A stretch of DNA of 64,000 nt from Cyanobium sp. (GTDB lineage Bacteria; Cyanobacteriota; Cyanobacteriia; PCC-6307; Cyanobiaceae), in NCBI GenBank assembly GCA_044370835.1, contig JBILUS010000013.1:10231-74230 (forward strand). Reading direction: 5' to 3'. Position numbers and translations under genes: made by a program. Below, one piece after another: positions 10,845-20,832 of this stretch. Within the stretch, counting starts at the first letter, position 1. Each line of letters begins with the position of its first letter. The notes below the pieces were generated by a model. The model saw only the letters and a program-made list of their open reading frames with translations. It had not been told where the DNA came from and searched no databases.

Positions 10845-12436
10845 GCGTTCAACAGCTCCGGGCCCTGGCCATCAGTCTGCTGATCGGCGGCGCCCTTTCG
10901 CCGGCGGCACCGCTGCGGCCGGCCGGCGCCGCGGAGCTGCTGAAGATGCGGCTGGATGGTCTGGAAATCCCCATCCGCCTCGACCAGCTGGAGGCCTGGA
11001 GGAACCAGGGCATCCCGGCGGGCAGCGCCAATGACCTCACCCCCTGGCTGGGCCTGCTGGACCCGGCCGGCCGGGCCGACCTGCGCCGGATGCTGGGGGC
11101 CCCGTTGCTGCGGGACCGCAGTTTCGGCCGCCAGCTGCTCGACACCTGGGCGGGCGGCCAGCTGATGGCGGAACTGGGCACCCTGCTCACCACGCCGGAG
11201 GGCCGCAGCAGCACCCCCCTGCTCCAGCTCACGCTGCGCCGGCTGCTGGAGCAGCGCCGGGAGGTGTCGCTGCTGGATGTGCTCCAGGCGGTTCCCACTC
11301 CCCAGCTCAACCTCCAGCTCGACGGCCTGATCGGCCTGGCCGAGCGCTGGCGCGGCCAGCTGCGCCGCCAGCAGAGAGCCTTCAAGGCACTGCAGACGCT
11401 GCCACTGCCCGCCATCAGCGTGAAGCAAGGGCCCGAATCCCCGACCACCGCGCCGCTGCGCCCCCTGCCGCTGCAGCTGGCCGTGGCGGGGCGGCCCGAG
11501 GGGCTGCCGCTGCGGATCTGGCTGCCGCCGGCCGAGGAGGCGGCGGCCCCGACCCGCCCTTGGGTGCTGATGATGCCTGGGCTGGGGGGCAATGCCCACC
11601 AGCTGGGCTGGCTGGCCGGCGCCCTGGCTCAGCGGGGCTGGCCGGTGGTGGTGGTGCAGCACCCCGGCAGCGACAGCCAGGCGGTGCGGGCCGCCCTGGT
11701 GGGCCAGCGGCCGCCGCCCGGAGCGGAGAGCCTGGCCCGGCGGCTGGCCGATGCCGAGGCCGTGATCGCCGCCCAGCGGGAGGGGCGCCTGCCGGTGCGG
11801 GGGCGGGGGCTGATCCTGGCGGGCCATTCCCTCGGCGGCGTCACCGCCCTGCTGGCGGCGGGGCTGGCGCCGGCCCCGGGCCTGGAATCCCGCTGCCGCA
11901 GTGCCCTGGAGCGGCTGCCGATCAGCAACCCCTCGCGGCTGCTGCAGTGCGAGCTGGCCGAGCGGGGGCTGCCCCGCACGCCACGCCGCCCCAGCGACCT
12001 GCGGGGGGTGATGGTGTTCAACGGCTTCGGCAGCCTGCTCTGGCCGGAGCCGCGCCTGGCGGAGCTGCCGGTGCCATTGCTGCTGGTGGGAGGCAGCCTC
12101 GATCTGGTCACCCCCCCGCTCGATGAGCAGCTGGCCCTGTTCCTGCCGGCCCGCGATCCCCGCAGCCGCCTGGTGGTGGTGGATGGGGGCAGCCATTTCT
12201 CGCCGGTGCGGATGACGGAGCGCGACGACGTGCTGCTGCGCCTGGGCCGCGAGCTGGTGGGGGTGGATCCGCTGCGGGTGCAGGCGGTGCTGCTGGGCCT
12301 GAGCGAGGAGTTCCTGGCCTCGCTCGAGACGGAGGGCTCCGCACCGCCCCTGGGGCCCCAGCGGCGCCGGCAGGACGGCATCACCGCCTACGTGCTCGAT
12401 CCAGCCATGGCCCGCCGCTGGCGCGCCGCGCTCTGA
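10781..12436 (+). CDS. DUF1400 + alpha/beta hydrolase
   Basis: Signal peptide, MPGLGG, QHPGSD, GHSLGG nucleophile elbow, GGSHFS; true start probably slightly downstream of 10781. Confidence 0.8.
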   Translation: MARETGATRIPIRMAAGAAPTRVQQLRALAISLLIGGALSPAAPLRPAGAAELLKMRLDGLEIPIRLDQLEAWRNQGIPAGSANDLTPWLGLLDPAGRADLRRMLGAPLLRDRSFGRQLLDTWAGGQLMAELGTLLTTPEGRSSTPLLQLTLRRLLEQRREVSLLDVLQAVPTPQLNLQLDGLIGLAERWRGQLRRQQRAFKALQTLPLPAISVKQGPESPTTAPLRPLPLQLAVAGRPEGLPLRIWLPPAEEAAAPTRPWVLMMPGLGGNAHQLGWLAGALAQRGWPVVVVQHPGSDSQAVRAALVGQRPPPGAESLARRLADAEAVIAAQREGRLPVRGRGLILAGHSLGGVTALLAAGLAPAPGLESRCRSALERLPISNPSRLLQCELAERGLPRTPRRPSDLRGVMVFNGFGSLLWPEPRLAELPVPLLLVGGSLDLVTPPLDEQLALFLPARDPRSRLVVVDGGSHFSPVRMTERDDVLLRLGRELVGVDPLRVQAVLLGLSEEFLASLETEGSAPPLGPQRRRQDGITAYVLDPAMARRWRAAL

Positions 12437-12443
12437 ACGCCGT

Positions 12444-13463
12444 TCAGAAGCGCACGCGCGGATCGAGCAGGGCCACCAGCAGATCCACCGCCACGGTGAC
12501 CATCACCACCAGGGCCGCCACCACCACCACGATCCCCTGCACCACGGGATAATCGCGCTGGGCGATCGCCTCCTGCAGCCGGGCGGCAATGCCCGGCCAA
12601 GAGTAGGTGACCTCGATCAGCAGGGCGCCACCGATCAGGGAGGCCACGGTGATGCCGGTGATCGTGAGCACCGGCAGCAGGGCATTGGGCAGGGCGTGGC
12701 GCAGCACCACCCGGGTTTCGCTGAGGCCGCGGCTGCGGGCCGCCTCCACGTAGTCGGAGCCGAGGGCGCGGCGCAGGTTGAGGCGCAGGGCATTGGTGAA
12801 GATGCCGCTCAGCAGCAGGCCCAGGGTGGAGGCGGGCAGCACCAGGTGGCGCAGAGCCCCCTGCAGCTGCTGGAGGTTGCCGGCCCGCAGGCTGTCGAAC
12901 AGGTAGAAGCCGCTGCCCTCCGGCGGCAGCACGGTGGCGGGCAGGCGGCCGCCCACCGGCAGCCAGCCGAGCCACACGGCGAACACCAGCTGCACCACCA
13001 TCGCCGCCCAGAAGGGGGGCAGGGCGTAGGTGCCGATGCCGAACAGGCGGCCGGCCAGATCCACCTTGCCCTCGGGCCGGGCGATGCCGCTGAAGCCCAC
13101 CGCCAGGCCGAGCACCGCGGCGATCAGCAGGGCCACCAATCCCAGCTCCAGGCTGGCCGGCAGGCTGCCCTGGATGATCGTGGTGACCGGCTCCTGGCTG
13201 CTCTGGGAGACCCCGAGGTTGCCGTGCAGCAGATCGCCCAGGAAGCGGCCGTACTGCAGCGGCAGGGGCTGATCGAGGCCGAGCTGGTGGCGCAGGGCGG
13301 CGCGGGCGGCGGCAGGGGCCTTCGGACCCAGCAGGGCATCGATCGGATCGCCCGGCGCCACCCGCAGCAACAGAAACACCAGGCTGGCGATCAGCCAGAG
13401 CATCAAGGGCGCCAGGGCCAGGCGGGCGCCGAGGTAGCGGAGCAGGTCGGAGCGGCGGCTCAT
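12444..13463 (-). CDS. Peptide/nickel ABC transporter permease (DppB-like)
   Basis: Starts MSRRSDLLRY; APGDP, LGLDQPL..QY, EAARSRGLSE, HALPNALLP, RDYPVVQG. Confidence 0.92.
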   Translation of the reverse strand: MSRRSDLLRYLGARLALAPLMLWLIASLVFLLLRVAPGDPIDALLGPKAPAAARAALRHQLGLDQPLPLQYGRFLGDLLHGNLGVSQSSQEPVTTIIQGSLPASLELGLVALLIAAVLGLAVGFSGIARPEGKVDLAGRLFGIGTYALPPFWAAMVVQLVFAVWLGWLPVGGRLPATVLPPEGSGFYLFDSLRAGNLQQLQGALRHLVLPASTLGLLLSGIFTNALRLNLRRALGSDYVEAARSRGLSETRVVLRHALPNALLPVLTITGITVASLIGGALLIEVTYSWPGIAARLQEAIAQRDYPVVQGIVVVVAALVVMVTVAVDLLVALLDPRVRF

Positions 13464-15181
13464 CGGCGGGCCTCCGGGCTCCCGGGGGACACGGCCAGCG
13501 TGGCAGGGGCCCTGCCCGGAGCAGACAGCGCAGCGGCGGCCGGCGCAGCCCCCGGCAGCCGCCGCAGCTGATCGAGCCGCAGGCGGCCGGAGCCATCGAA
13601 CTGGGGCGCCGTGATCCGCCGCCCGCTCCAGGCCTGTTCGGCCATCAGCCACACCGGCAGGTAGGGCACCGCGCCGGCGGTGCGCTGCTGGATGGCCCGC
13701 AACAACCGCGCCCGCTCGGGCCCGTCGATGCGACTGCTGCGCAAGAGCTCGGCATCGAGGCCGGGGGCGCTCCAGAAGGAGCCGCTCAGGGCGCTGTTGC
13801 CCTTGGCGCAGCGGTTCCCTTCGGCCTTCTCGCAGCTGAGCAAGGGGGCCAGGAAGTTCTCGGGGTCGGGGTAGTCGCCGATCCAGTCGTAGAAGAAGAG
13901 GGTGAGGGCGCCCTTGCCGAGCTGGTCGTAGGCGGTGGTGGACTCCATGCCGCTCACCTGCAGATCGAGGCAATCGCCCAGATCGCGGCGCACCTGGGCC
14001 TGCCAGGTGAGGGCCAGGAGGCGATCCGAGGGGATGTCGGAGCGGAAGGTGAGCGGCAGGCTGAGCACCTTGCCGTTGCAGTAGCCGGCCTGGCGGTAGA
14101 GGGCGCGGGCGGCGGCGGGGTCGTAGGCGGGCCAGGCCTCGGGGTCGGAGCCGGCCAGGCTGGGGGGGATCAGCTGGCGCAGGGGCGGCCGCATCCCCAG
14201 GCTCACCCGCTCGGTGAGGGTGGCGCGATCGAGGCTGCGGGCCAGGGCCCGGCGCAGGGCAACGTTGTTGAGCGGCGGCTGGTCGGTGAGCAGGGAGAAG
14301 AAGCCGATCGAAAGGGGCGGCCCGCTGCCTTCCCGCAGGCGGCCGGCATCGGCATCGCGGTGCAGGGCCTGCTGGTGGTCGATCTCGAGGCCACTGGCCA
14401 GCAGCACGTCCACCTCACCGCTGCGCAGGGCCCCCAGCAAGGCGGTGGAGTTGCTGAGGGTCACCAGGTTGATGCCGCCGTTGGCGGGGCGGGCTCCCCA
14501 GTAGCCCTTGAAGGGGGTGAGCCGCTGCTGCTGGGCGTTGAAGAAGCTGAGGGTGTAGGGGCCGGTGCCCACGAAGCGGTCGTTGAGGGGCTTATCGGCG
14601 TTCTGGCGGTAGGCGGTGGGGGAGACGGGGGTGAGGAAGATGGCCGAGAGCAGACGGGGCAGGGGGCTGAAGGGGGCCTTGAGCTCCAGCTCAATCTCGT
14701 GGCTGCCGGTGGCGCGCACGGCCTTCACGCGGTCGCTGAACTGGTAGCCGAGGGTGCCGATCGCCATGAAGCGCTGCAGCGAGAACACCATCGCGGCCGC
14801 ATCAAACGGGGTGCCGTCGTGGAAGCGCACGCCCTGGCGAAGGGGGATGCGGGCCCGCAGCCCATCGGCGCTGAGCACGGGCGGCCCGCTGGCCAGCCGG
14901 GGCTCGATCGTGCCAGCGGCTGTGATCGCATACAGGGGATCGCCCAGGGCACTGAGCACCTGCATCTGGCCGGAGCGCGAGGCCTGGGCCGGATCGAGCG
15001 AATCGATCCGGCTCTTGCTGGCCACGATCAAGGTGCCGGCGGGATGGGGCGGGGCGCAGGCGGTGGTGAGGGAGGCGAGGGCCAGGAGGCCGGCCAGGAG
15101 GCGCGCCTGCTGGCGGAGCGCCGCCGCTGGCAGGGGCCGCGGCGGGGCTGCGGGCACGATCTGGCCGGTGGCGGGAGGCAA
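13460..15181 (-). CDS. Peptide/nickel ABC transporter substrate-binding lipoprotein (family 5)
   Basis: Lipobox LTTAC, LRQGVRFHDGTPFDAAA, GTGPY, W.GDYPDPENFL; 4-bp overlap with the permease. Confidence 0.9.
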   Translation of the reverse strand: MPPATGQIVPAAPPRPLPAAALRQQARLLAGLLALASLTTACAPPHPAGTLIVASKSRIDSLDPAQASRSGQMQVLSALGDPLYAITAAGTIEPRLASGPPVLSADGLRARIPLRQGVRFHDGTPFDAAAMVFSLQRFMAIGTLGYQFSDRVKAVRATGSHEIELELKAPFSPLPRLLSAIFLTPVSPTAYRQNADKPLNDRFVGTGPYTLSFFNAQQQRLTPFKGYWGARPANGGINLVTLSNSTALLGALRSGEVDVLLASGLEIDHQQALHRDADAGRLREGSGPPLSIGFFSLLTDQPPLNNVALRRALARSLDRATLTERVSLGMRPPLRQLIPPSLAGSDPEAWPAYDPAAARALYRQAGYCNGKVLSLPLTFRSDIPSDRLLALTWQAQVRRDLGDCLDLQVSGMESTTAYDQLGKGALTLFFYDWIGDYPDPENFLAPLLSCEKAEGNRCAKGNSALSGSFWSAPGLDAELLRSSRIDGPERARLLRAIQQRTAGAVPYLPVWLMAEQAWSGRRITAPQFDGSGRLRLDQLRRLPGAAPAAAALSAPGRAPATLAVSPGSPEARR

Positions 15182-15244
15182 GCCCTGTTGCTCGAGTCGG
15201 CCCCATTCAAGGGGGTCGGCGGGCCGAATCCGCAGCGCTGCCCC

Positions 15245-15493
15245 TCAGCCCTCGTGCCGCCCCGCCGGCAACGGCCTGTGGGGAAGGGCCCCTTGCACCT
15301 GGCCCAGGGGCAGTTCAAACACCGGCGAGCCGTGGCGGGCCAGGGGCCAGCGGCGTACCCAGCAGCGGTTGCCGTGCTGGTCGACGCTGATCACCTGGAA
15401 GAGCTGGGCGTCGGCGCCGGCCGGATCCAGGGGCTCGAGAACCCCGATGGCAGCAGGCGGGAGCTGGATGCAGTCGCCCTGGAGAAGGTCCAT
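15245..15493 (-). CDS. Hypothetical protein
   Basis: 82-aa ORF with a plausible globular segment (LFQVISVD...CWVRRWPL) in an otherwise empty gap. Confidence 0.55.
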   Translation of the reverse strand: MDLLQGDCIQLPPAAIGVLEPLDPAGADAQLFQVISVDQHGNRCWVRRWPLARHGSPVFELPLGQVQGALPHRPLPAGRHEG

Positions 15494-15803
15494 GGCTGGG
15501 CTGCCACGACGGGCAACGGAGATTTCTTAAGCATTTCTACTGCCCCATGGGGGCCCGAAGCGCTATTTGAGGGACTCGGGACGCCGAAAGACCATCTGGG
15601 ACGCCCGGGATGGTCTTTGCCTCGGCCAGGCGAACAGGAAGGGGCTGGGGGGCTGGGTCGGGCCTCGCCTTGGTTCGGTGATGTGGCGATAGACGGGCGT
15701 CGTTGATCGGAGGGTTTGAGCATTGTGCGGCAGATCGGCGGCGTAAAATAGGCGCAGGCGAGAGTGATTGCATCGGTCTGATTGTGATTAGAGCGATTAG
15801 CCT

Positions 15804-16586
15804 ATGGGGGTCAATTCTTTTCGAGACATGTTCTATTCAGTGCTGCAAAAGGCTGGGTGGTCGAGGGCTGCTGTTGCCTTCAGTCTCACCGGCGTTACGG
15901 CTTCCCTTCTCTCCGCCGGTGGCGCCCAGGCCACCATCGTGCCCGGCAATCTCTGCTGGTTTGGTGATCCCGGGGTTCTTAACCCGGCCGTTACCCCTGA
16001 GTGTGCTACATACGATCCATCAACTGGCCTCGGTACCCAGTTCTTTGAGGTAGACAAGCTGGTGAATCTGGGGTTCCTGGATTTCGGTACTGCCCCCTTA
16101 GGAGGTCCGATGACAGGCAGCCTCGGTTTTCAATACACAGCGATTGATCCTCCCCCTGGCATTGCTGATGATCAGTTCAGTCTGATCCTCAACTTCAATC
16201 CTGACCGCAACGGCCCATATACTGGCGAATTTGACTACCAGATCTTTGCCACCAATCCCCTCTTCCAGTTCAACACCGCCGAGCTCGACAGCGTTGTGTC
16301 CGGGGTTCCCACCGGTACCTTGATCACGAAGTCGATCCTCGGCTTTGCCGACATCATCTCCACCGATGGTTCGAATGAGCCGGGTGTGGCTGTGAGCGGG
16401 TCGGTGCTGACGGTGCGAAACACCTGGAACGTGCCTGCGGGTGCGGTGCTGGACAACTTCAAGGACACCTACACCCAGCGAACGATCGACGTTCCCGGCC
16501 CCCTGCCGCTGCTCGGCGCTGGCATGGGCTTCGCCTTCAGCCGGCGGTTGCGCAGCCGCATCCGCTCGGCACGCCGCTCCGCCTGA
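15804..16586 (+). CDS. PEP-CTERM-like (VPGPLP-CTERM) exosortase-sorted surface protein
   Basis: Signal peptide ending AQA; Thr/Gly/Asp-rich body; C-terminal VPGPLPLLG + TM + RRLRSRIRSARR basic tail; AT-richer than flanks; start may be 15828. Confidence 0.85.
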   Translation: MGVNSFRDMFYSVLQKAGWSRAAVAFSLTGVTASLLSAGGAQATIVPGNLCWFGDPGVLNPAVTPECATYDPSTGLGTQFFEVDKLVNLGFLDFGTAPLGGPMTGSLGFQYTAIDPPPGIADDQFSLILNFNPDRNGPYTGEFDYQIFATNPLFQFNTAELDSVVSGVPTGTLITKSILGFADIISTDGSNEPGVAVSGSVLTVRNTWNVPAGAVLDNFKDTYTQRTIDVPGPLPLLGAGMGFAFSRRLRSRIRSARRSA

Positions 16587-16624
16587 TCAAGGCCCTGGTG
16601 GTCCCACCTCGGGATGTCATGAGC

Positions 16625-16651
16625 AAGCCCTGCCCCAGCGCAGGGCTTTTT
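16625..16651. terminator. Rho-independent terminator between convergent genes
   Basis: AAGCCCTGC-cccagc-GCAGGGCTT 9-bp stem followed by a T run. Confidence 0.75.
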
Positions 16652-16664
16652 CATGGGCCCTTCC

Positions 16665-17972
16665 CTACAGCGTGCGCAGGCAGGCCGCCACCGTGAGCAC
16701 CTCCGGATGGGCCTCGATCGCCGCCAGGGCCTCGCGGAAGCGGGCCTCCTGCACCTCGTGGGTGATCACCACGATCTCGGCGGCGCCGCCGGCGCTCTCG
16801 AGCTGCACGATCGACTGGATCGACACGCCGGCGTTGCCGAAGGCGGTGCCGATCTGGCCGATCACACCGGGCTGGTCATGCGTGCGGAAACGCACATAGT
16901 TGCGGTGGCTGGTGAGGGTGCCTTCCACCAAAGCGCAGCGCCGCCAGCTGCTGGCGGCCAGCAGGGGATCGAGCCCGGCCTGCGGGCCCCCCACCTGGCG
17001 GATGCCGGCGATGTTGAGGATGTCGGCCACCACTGCTGAGGCCGTCGGGCCCGCGCCGGCTCCCGGGCCGTAGAACATCACCCGGCCCACCGGATCGCCT
17101 TCCACCAGGATCGCGTTGTTCACCCCGCTCACCCCGGCCAGCGGGTGATCCACCGGCAGCAGGGTGGGATGCACGCGCACATCGAGCGACTGCACCCCGG
17201 CGGCAGCGGGATCGCCGATGCGCTGGGCCACCGCCAGCAGCTTCACCACGAAGCCGAGCTGGGCCGCGTAGGCCACATCGCGGGCCTCCAGCCGGTCGAT
17301 GCCCTCCGTGGGGATGGCGGCGCGGGGCACCGGCCCGCCATAGGCCAGGCCTGCCAGGATCGCGATCTTGTCGGCCGCGTCGTGGCCCTCCACATCGGCG
17401 GCGGGATCGGCCTCGGCGTAACCCAGCCGCTGGGCATCGGCCAGCACGTCGCCATAGGCGGCGCCCTCCTCGGCCATGCGGCTGAGGATGTAGTTGGTGG
17501 TGCCGTTGATGATGCCGCTCACCCGCTGGATGCGGTTGCCGCCGAGCGACTGCTTCAGCGGTTCGATGATCGGAATGCCCCCGCCCACCGCCGCCTCGAT
17601 CAGCACATAGACCCCCCGCTCGGCGGCGGCGGCGGCGATCTCCTCCCCGTGGCGGGCGATCACCGCCTTGTTGGCGGTCACCACCGGCTTGCCGGCGGCG
17701 ATGGCGCGCAGGATCAGGCTGCGGGCCGGCTCCAGGCCGCCCATCACCTCCACCACGATCTCCACCGCGGGGTCATCGATCACCGCTTCAGGGCTTGTGG
17801 TGAGCAGCGCCGGATCGAGCGCCAGGGGCCTGGGGCGGGCGAGATCGCGCACCGCCACCTTCCGCAGCGCCAGTTCGCCCACCAGCGGGTGGCGGCCCTC
17901 CGGCCCCATCAGGATCGCGGCCACGCCCGCTCCCACCGTTCCCAGCCCGAGCAGGCCAACACCGATCGCCAT
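16665..17972 (-). CDS. hom: Homoserine dehydrogenase with C-terminal ACT domain
   Basis: GLLGLGTVG, VVTANKA, EAAVGGGIP, GIINGTTNYIL, GYAEADP..DVEG.D, GPGAG. Confidence 0.96.
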   Translation of the reverse strand: MAIGVGLLGLGTVGAGVAAILMGPEGRHPLVGELALRKVAVRDLARPRPLALDPALLTTSPEAVIDDPAVEIVVEVMGGLEPARSLILRAIAAGKPVVTANKAVIARHGEEIAAAAAERGVYVLIEAAVGGGIPIIEPLKQSLGGNRIQRVSGIINGTTNYILSRMAEEGAAYGDVLADAQRLGYAEADPAADVEGHDAADKIAILAGLAYGGPVPRAAIPTEGIDRLEARDVAYAAQLGFVVKLLAVAQRIGDPAAAGVQSLDVRVHPTLLPVDHPLAGVSGVNNAILVEGDPVGRVMFYGPGAGAGPTASAVVADILNIAGIRQVGGPQAGLDPLLAASSWRRCALVEGTLTSHRNYVRFRTHDQPGVIGQIGTAFGNAGVSIQSIVQLESAGGAAEIVVITHEVQEARFREALAAIEAHPEVLTVAACLRTL

Positions 17973-18058
17973 GGGGCGCCATCCCGCAAACCGCTGATCC
18001 TAGAAATCGGCCGGCAGCTCGGGTGGGGCCTTTCCCCCGGCAGCGGCGGCGCCGGGCC

Positions 18059-18517
18059 CTAGGTGGCGCCTGCGGCGGGGGAGGCCGCGAAGGCCGCCGC
18101 CTGGGCCTGCATGGTGCGCAGGATGTTGAGGAAACCGTTGGCGCGGGAGGGGGTGAGGCTGGCCTGCAGGCCCGTGGCGGCGATGAAGGCCGGATCGAGG
18201 GCCACCACTTCGGCCGGGGTGAGGCCGTCGAGCCCCTCGATCAGCAGGGCCAGCAGCCCCTTGGTGATCTGGGCATCGGAATCCCCCTGCCAGTGCAGGC
18301 GCCCCTCCTGCAGATCGCCCACCACATACACCTGGGACACGCAGCCGCGCACCTTGCGCTCCTCGCTGCGCAGCTCCTCCGGGAGGGCGGGCAGCCGCTT
18401 GGCCAGCCAGAGCACGTATTCATAACGGCGCTTCGGATCGGCGGTGCTGCCGAGGCGCTCCACGATCCGATCAAGGGCCGGACTGCCGGTGCTGGCCATG
18501 CCGGAGGCTTCGCTCAA
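18059..18517 (-). CDS. sufE: SufE-family Fe-S assembly sulfur acceptor
   Basis: KVRGCVSQV, GDSDAQITKGL, LTPSRANGF. Confidence 0.93.
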   Translation of the reverse strand: MSEASGMASTGSPALDRIVERLGSTADPKRRYEYVLWLAKRLPALPEELRSEERKVRGCVSQVYVVGDLQEGRLHWQGDSDAQITKGLLALLIEGLDGLTPAEVVALDPAFIAATGLQASLTPSRANGFLNILRTMQAQAAAFAASPAAGAT

Positions 18518-18999
18518 CCGCGGGGGCGGTAAAGGAGGGCCAGGCCGCCGAGCAGGCCGAGGGCGGCCACCGGGGCCAGGGCCAGCAAGCCGGTCCGCCA
18601 GGCCAGCGGTTGGCCGGTGGCCTGCAGGCGGCCGCCGGTCAGTTCAGAGAGTTCGATCCAGTCGCGGTGGCCGGGGCCCGCATCCACCTGGATCTCGGCA
18701 CCCTTGCCGGTGCGGGCCGGCAGGGCGAAGGCCAGACGACCCTGGGCATCGGTGCGGCCCAGCTCAATCGGGGTGCCCCCACCGGCCGGCATCAGCCGCA
18801 CGGCGGCATCGCGGGCCGGCTCGCCATTTGAGAAAACGCTCTGGAGATCCAGCGTGCCGGCGAGCGAGGCCTGAAGCTGGGCCGTGCCAGCGCTGCCGTG
18901 CACGTGCACTTCGGTCTCGATGCCGTGGGCACGGCCAGCCAGGGGGGTGAGCGCCAGGCCGGCGGCTCCAAGCAGGACCAGCAGTGGGAAACGGCGCAT
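18514..18999 (-). CDS. Exported membrane-anchored protein resembling CbiL/NikL-type Co/Ni transporter accessory subunits
   Basis: Signal peptide ending RA|HG, FSNGEP, GRTDAQG, DAGPGH, C-terminal TM + basic tail. Confidence 0.6.
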   Translation of the reverse strand: MRRFPLLVLLGAAGLALTPLAGRAHGIETEVHVHGSAGTAQLQASLAGTLDLQSVFSNGEPARDAAVRLMPAGGGTPIELGRTDAQGRLAFALPARTGKGAEIQVDAGPGHRDWIELSELTGGRLQATGQPLAWRTGLLALAPVAALGLLGGLALLYRPRG

Positions 19000-19022
19000 G
19001 GCGGTGGGTTGCGGATCCGGGT

Positions 19023-19283
19023 TCAGCCGGCTTTCCAGCGATTCTCGCTGCTGCGGCCGGCCTGCACCATTCTCGCCACCGAACTCACCATCATCGAGAG
19101 GGCATCACAGGCTTCGCCGCGGGCCTGGTGTTCGGCGGCGATCACCCGCTCGGCGGCCGTGGGGGCGTGCGGCAAGGAAGCTTCGGAACTGGTGACGGCC
19201 AGGGAACGGGCCACCTGCCAGGGGGCCGTTTGAAACGAATCCAAGGCGCCTTTCGATCGCATGTCCTGATCCTGGCAAATCAT
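19023..19283 (-). CDS. Possible small hypothetical protein
   Basis: 86-aa ORF filling the gap co-directionally; third codon positions mostly G/C in the 3' two-thirds. Confidence 0.35.
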   Translation of the reverse strand: MICQDQDMRSKGALDSFQTAPWQVARSLAVTSSEASLPHAPTAAERVIAAEHQARGEACDALSMMVSSVARMVQAGRSSENRWKAG

Positions 19284-19313
19284 CCGGCGAAGTGAGGACG
19301 CTGCTGCGATGCG

Positions 19314-19889
19314 TTACACGGCGAGCGGCCCCTGCAGGCCGTGCAGCCCGTGCTCATCGAGCCAGCCGCTGAAGGGCACATCCCAGCCGTCCCGCGGCAG
19401 AGCGGCCGCGAGGCAGGCCGCGGGCAGCACCACCAGGGCCGGCACCGCAGCCCAGGCCGGATCGGCGCGGAGGCGGTCGTACCAGCCGCCGCCGTAGCCC
19501 AGGCGGATGCCGCTGGCGGGATCAAAGGCGAGGGCCGGCACCAGCAGCAGCCCCAGGGCGCCGGGCTCCAGCGCTGCAGTGGTGGGAGCGGAAATGCCGC
19601 ACTGGTCCGGGGCGAGTGGATCGCCAAGCCGCCAGGGGCGGTACACCAGCCGGGCCGGATCGCCGCCGATCGCCGGCAGGGCCACAAGGGGGTGCTCCCC
19701 GGCCAGGGGGCGTAGGTCCGGCTCCCCCGCCAGGGGCCAGTAGAGCCCCAGGTGCTGCCCCGCAGCCAGCAGGGCTGACAGCTCAAGCTGCGCCATCGCC
19801 CTGATCCGGGGCTCCGCCGCCGCCAGGGCCGCTGCACGCCGGGCCCGGAAGCGGTTGCGCAGGGCGGCCTTGGGGCCCGCGTCGCTCAT
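19314..19889 (-). CDS. ygfA: 5-formyltetrahydrofolate cyclo-ligase
   Basis: [29 protein letters not shown]. Confidence 0.92.
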   Translation of the reverse strand: MSDAGPKAALRNRFRARRAAALAAAEPRIRAMAQLELSALLAAGQHLGLYWPLAGEPDLRPLAGEHPLVALPAIGGDPARLVYRPWRLGDPLAPDQCGISAPTTAALEPGALGLLLVPALAFDPASGIRLGYGGGWYDRLRADPAWAAVPALVVLPAACLAAALPRDGWDVPFSGWLDEHGLHGLQGPLAV

Positions 19890-20389
19890 CGCTGGAACCA
19901 GCCCGTCAGGGCCACCGCCAGGGCATCGGCGGCGTCGTCCGGGCGGGGGGGCTGCTCAAGATCCAGCTCCCGCATCACCGCCGCCAGCACCTCATCCTTC
20001 TCGGCGTGGCCGTGGCCGGCCAGGGCCAGTTTGATCTGCATCGGCGGAAACTCCACCACCGGGATGGCGAAGCGCGCCAGGGTCATGATCACCACGCCAC
20101 GGGCCTGGACCACGGCGATCGTGGTGCTGGAGCGGTAGAAGAAAAACTTCTCCACCGCGGCCAGATCGGGCCGCCAGCGGCGGATCAGCAGGCGCAGATC
20201 GGCGGCGATCTCCACCATCCGCTCCCCTTCGCCGCGGCCGGGGTCGGTGCGGATCATGCCGCAATCGAGCAGGCGCTGGCGGCCCGGAGCCGCCAGGGGC
20301 TCGCCGGGCCGCCAGGGTGGGCGCTCCTCCACCTCAATCACGCCGTAGCCCACCCGCGCCAGGCCGGGGTCGATGCCGAGGATGATCAC
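19886..20389 (-). CDS. ruvC: Holliday junction resolvase RuvC
   Basis: GTG start [30 protein letters not shown]. Confidence 0.95.
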   Translation of the reverse strand: MIILGIDPGLARVGYGVIEVEERPPWRPGEPLAAPGRQRLLDCGMIRTDPGRGEGERMVEIAADLRLLIRRWRPDLAAVEKFFFYRSSTTIAVVQARGVVIMTLARFAIPVVEFPPMQIKLALAGHGHAEKDEVLAAVMRELDLEQPPRPDDAADALAVALTGWFQR

Positions 20390-20402
20390 GGCCGGGGAAC
20401 GT

Positions 20403-20800
20403 TCATCGCACCAGCATCGGCAACATCCGCTGCGGAACGTTACGGAGCCGACCGAGCTCCTGCTGCAGGCGAGGGTCGCTGCGGAAGGCCCGCCTCTGGG
20501 GACAAGCGATGATCTGGCGCGCCGCCTCCGCCCCAAGGCGCTGGCCGGCCTCAACATCGGAGGGGTCATGCACGCCGCAGAACACCCGGTTGGCGCCGCC
20601 CTGACGGCCCACCTGCTGCAACCGGTCGCGGCGTTCCGGCAGCAGATCGGCCAGCAGCTCCGCGTTGGTTCGGAACCAGACGGCGTGGCCGGAGGGGAAG
20701 GAGCCGGTGTCCTCCGGCGGCAGGCAGGGCTGCAGATCGGGGTGGGCGAGGTAGGGGCGGATGCGGCCTTCGTTCTGGAGGCGGTCAGCAGAGGATGACG
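20403..20800 (-). pseudogene. N-terminally truncated class A acid phosphatase / PAP2 remnant
   Basis: RPY, SFPSGH and [11 protein letters not shown] (PAP2 C2 and C3 motifs) are present, but there is no in-frame start or signal peptide after the upstream gene and the C1 Lys is missing. Confidence 0.6.
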
Positions 20801-20832
20801 CGGCTGGGGAGGGCCTGGCATCGTGTCGCTGC

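Noticed and set aside
19000-19313. Cobalamin riboswitch upstream of the CbiL/NikL-like gene
   Set aside because: Conserved riboswitch core motifs were not found on the minus strand
19886-20821. 311-aa extended RuvC or a fusion
   Set aside because: RuvC homology begins at the GTG at 20389; the extension is an off-frame reading of the phosphatase remnant
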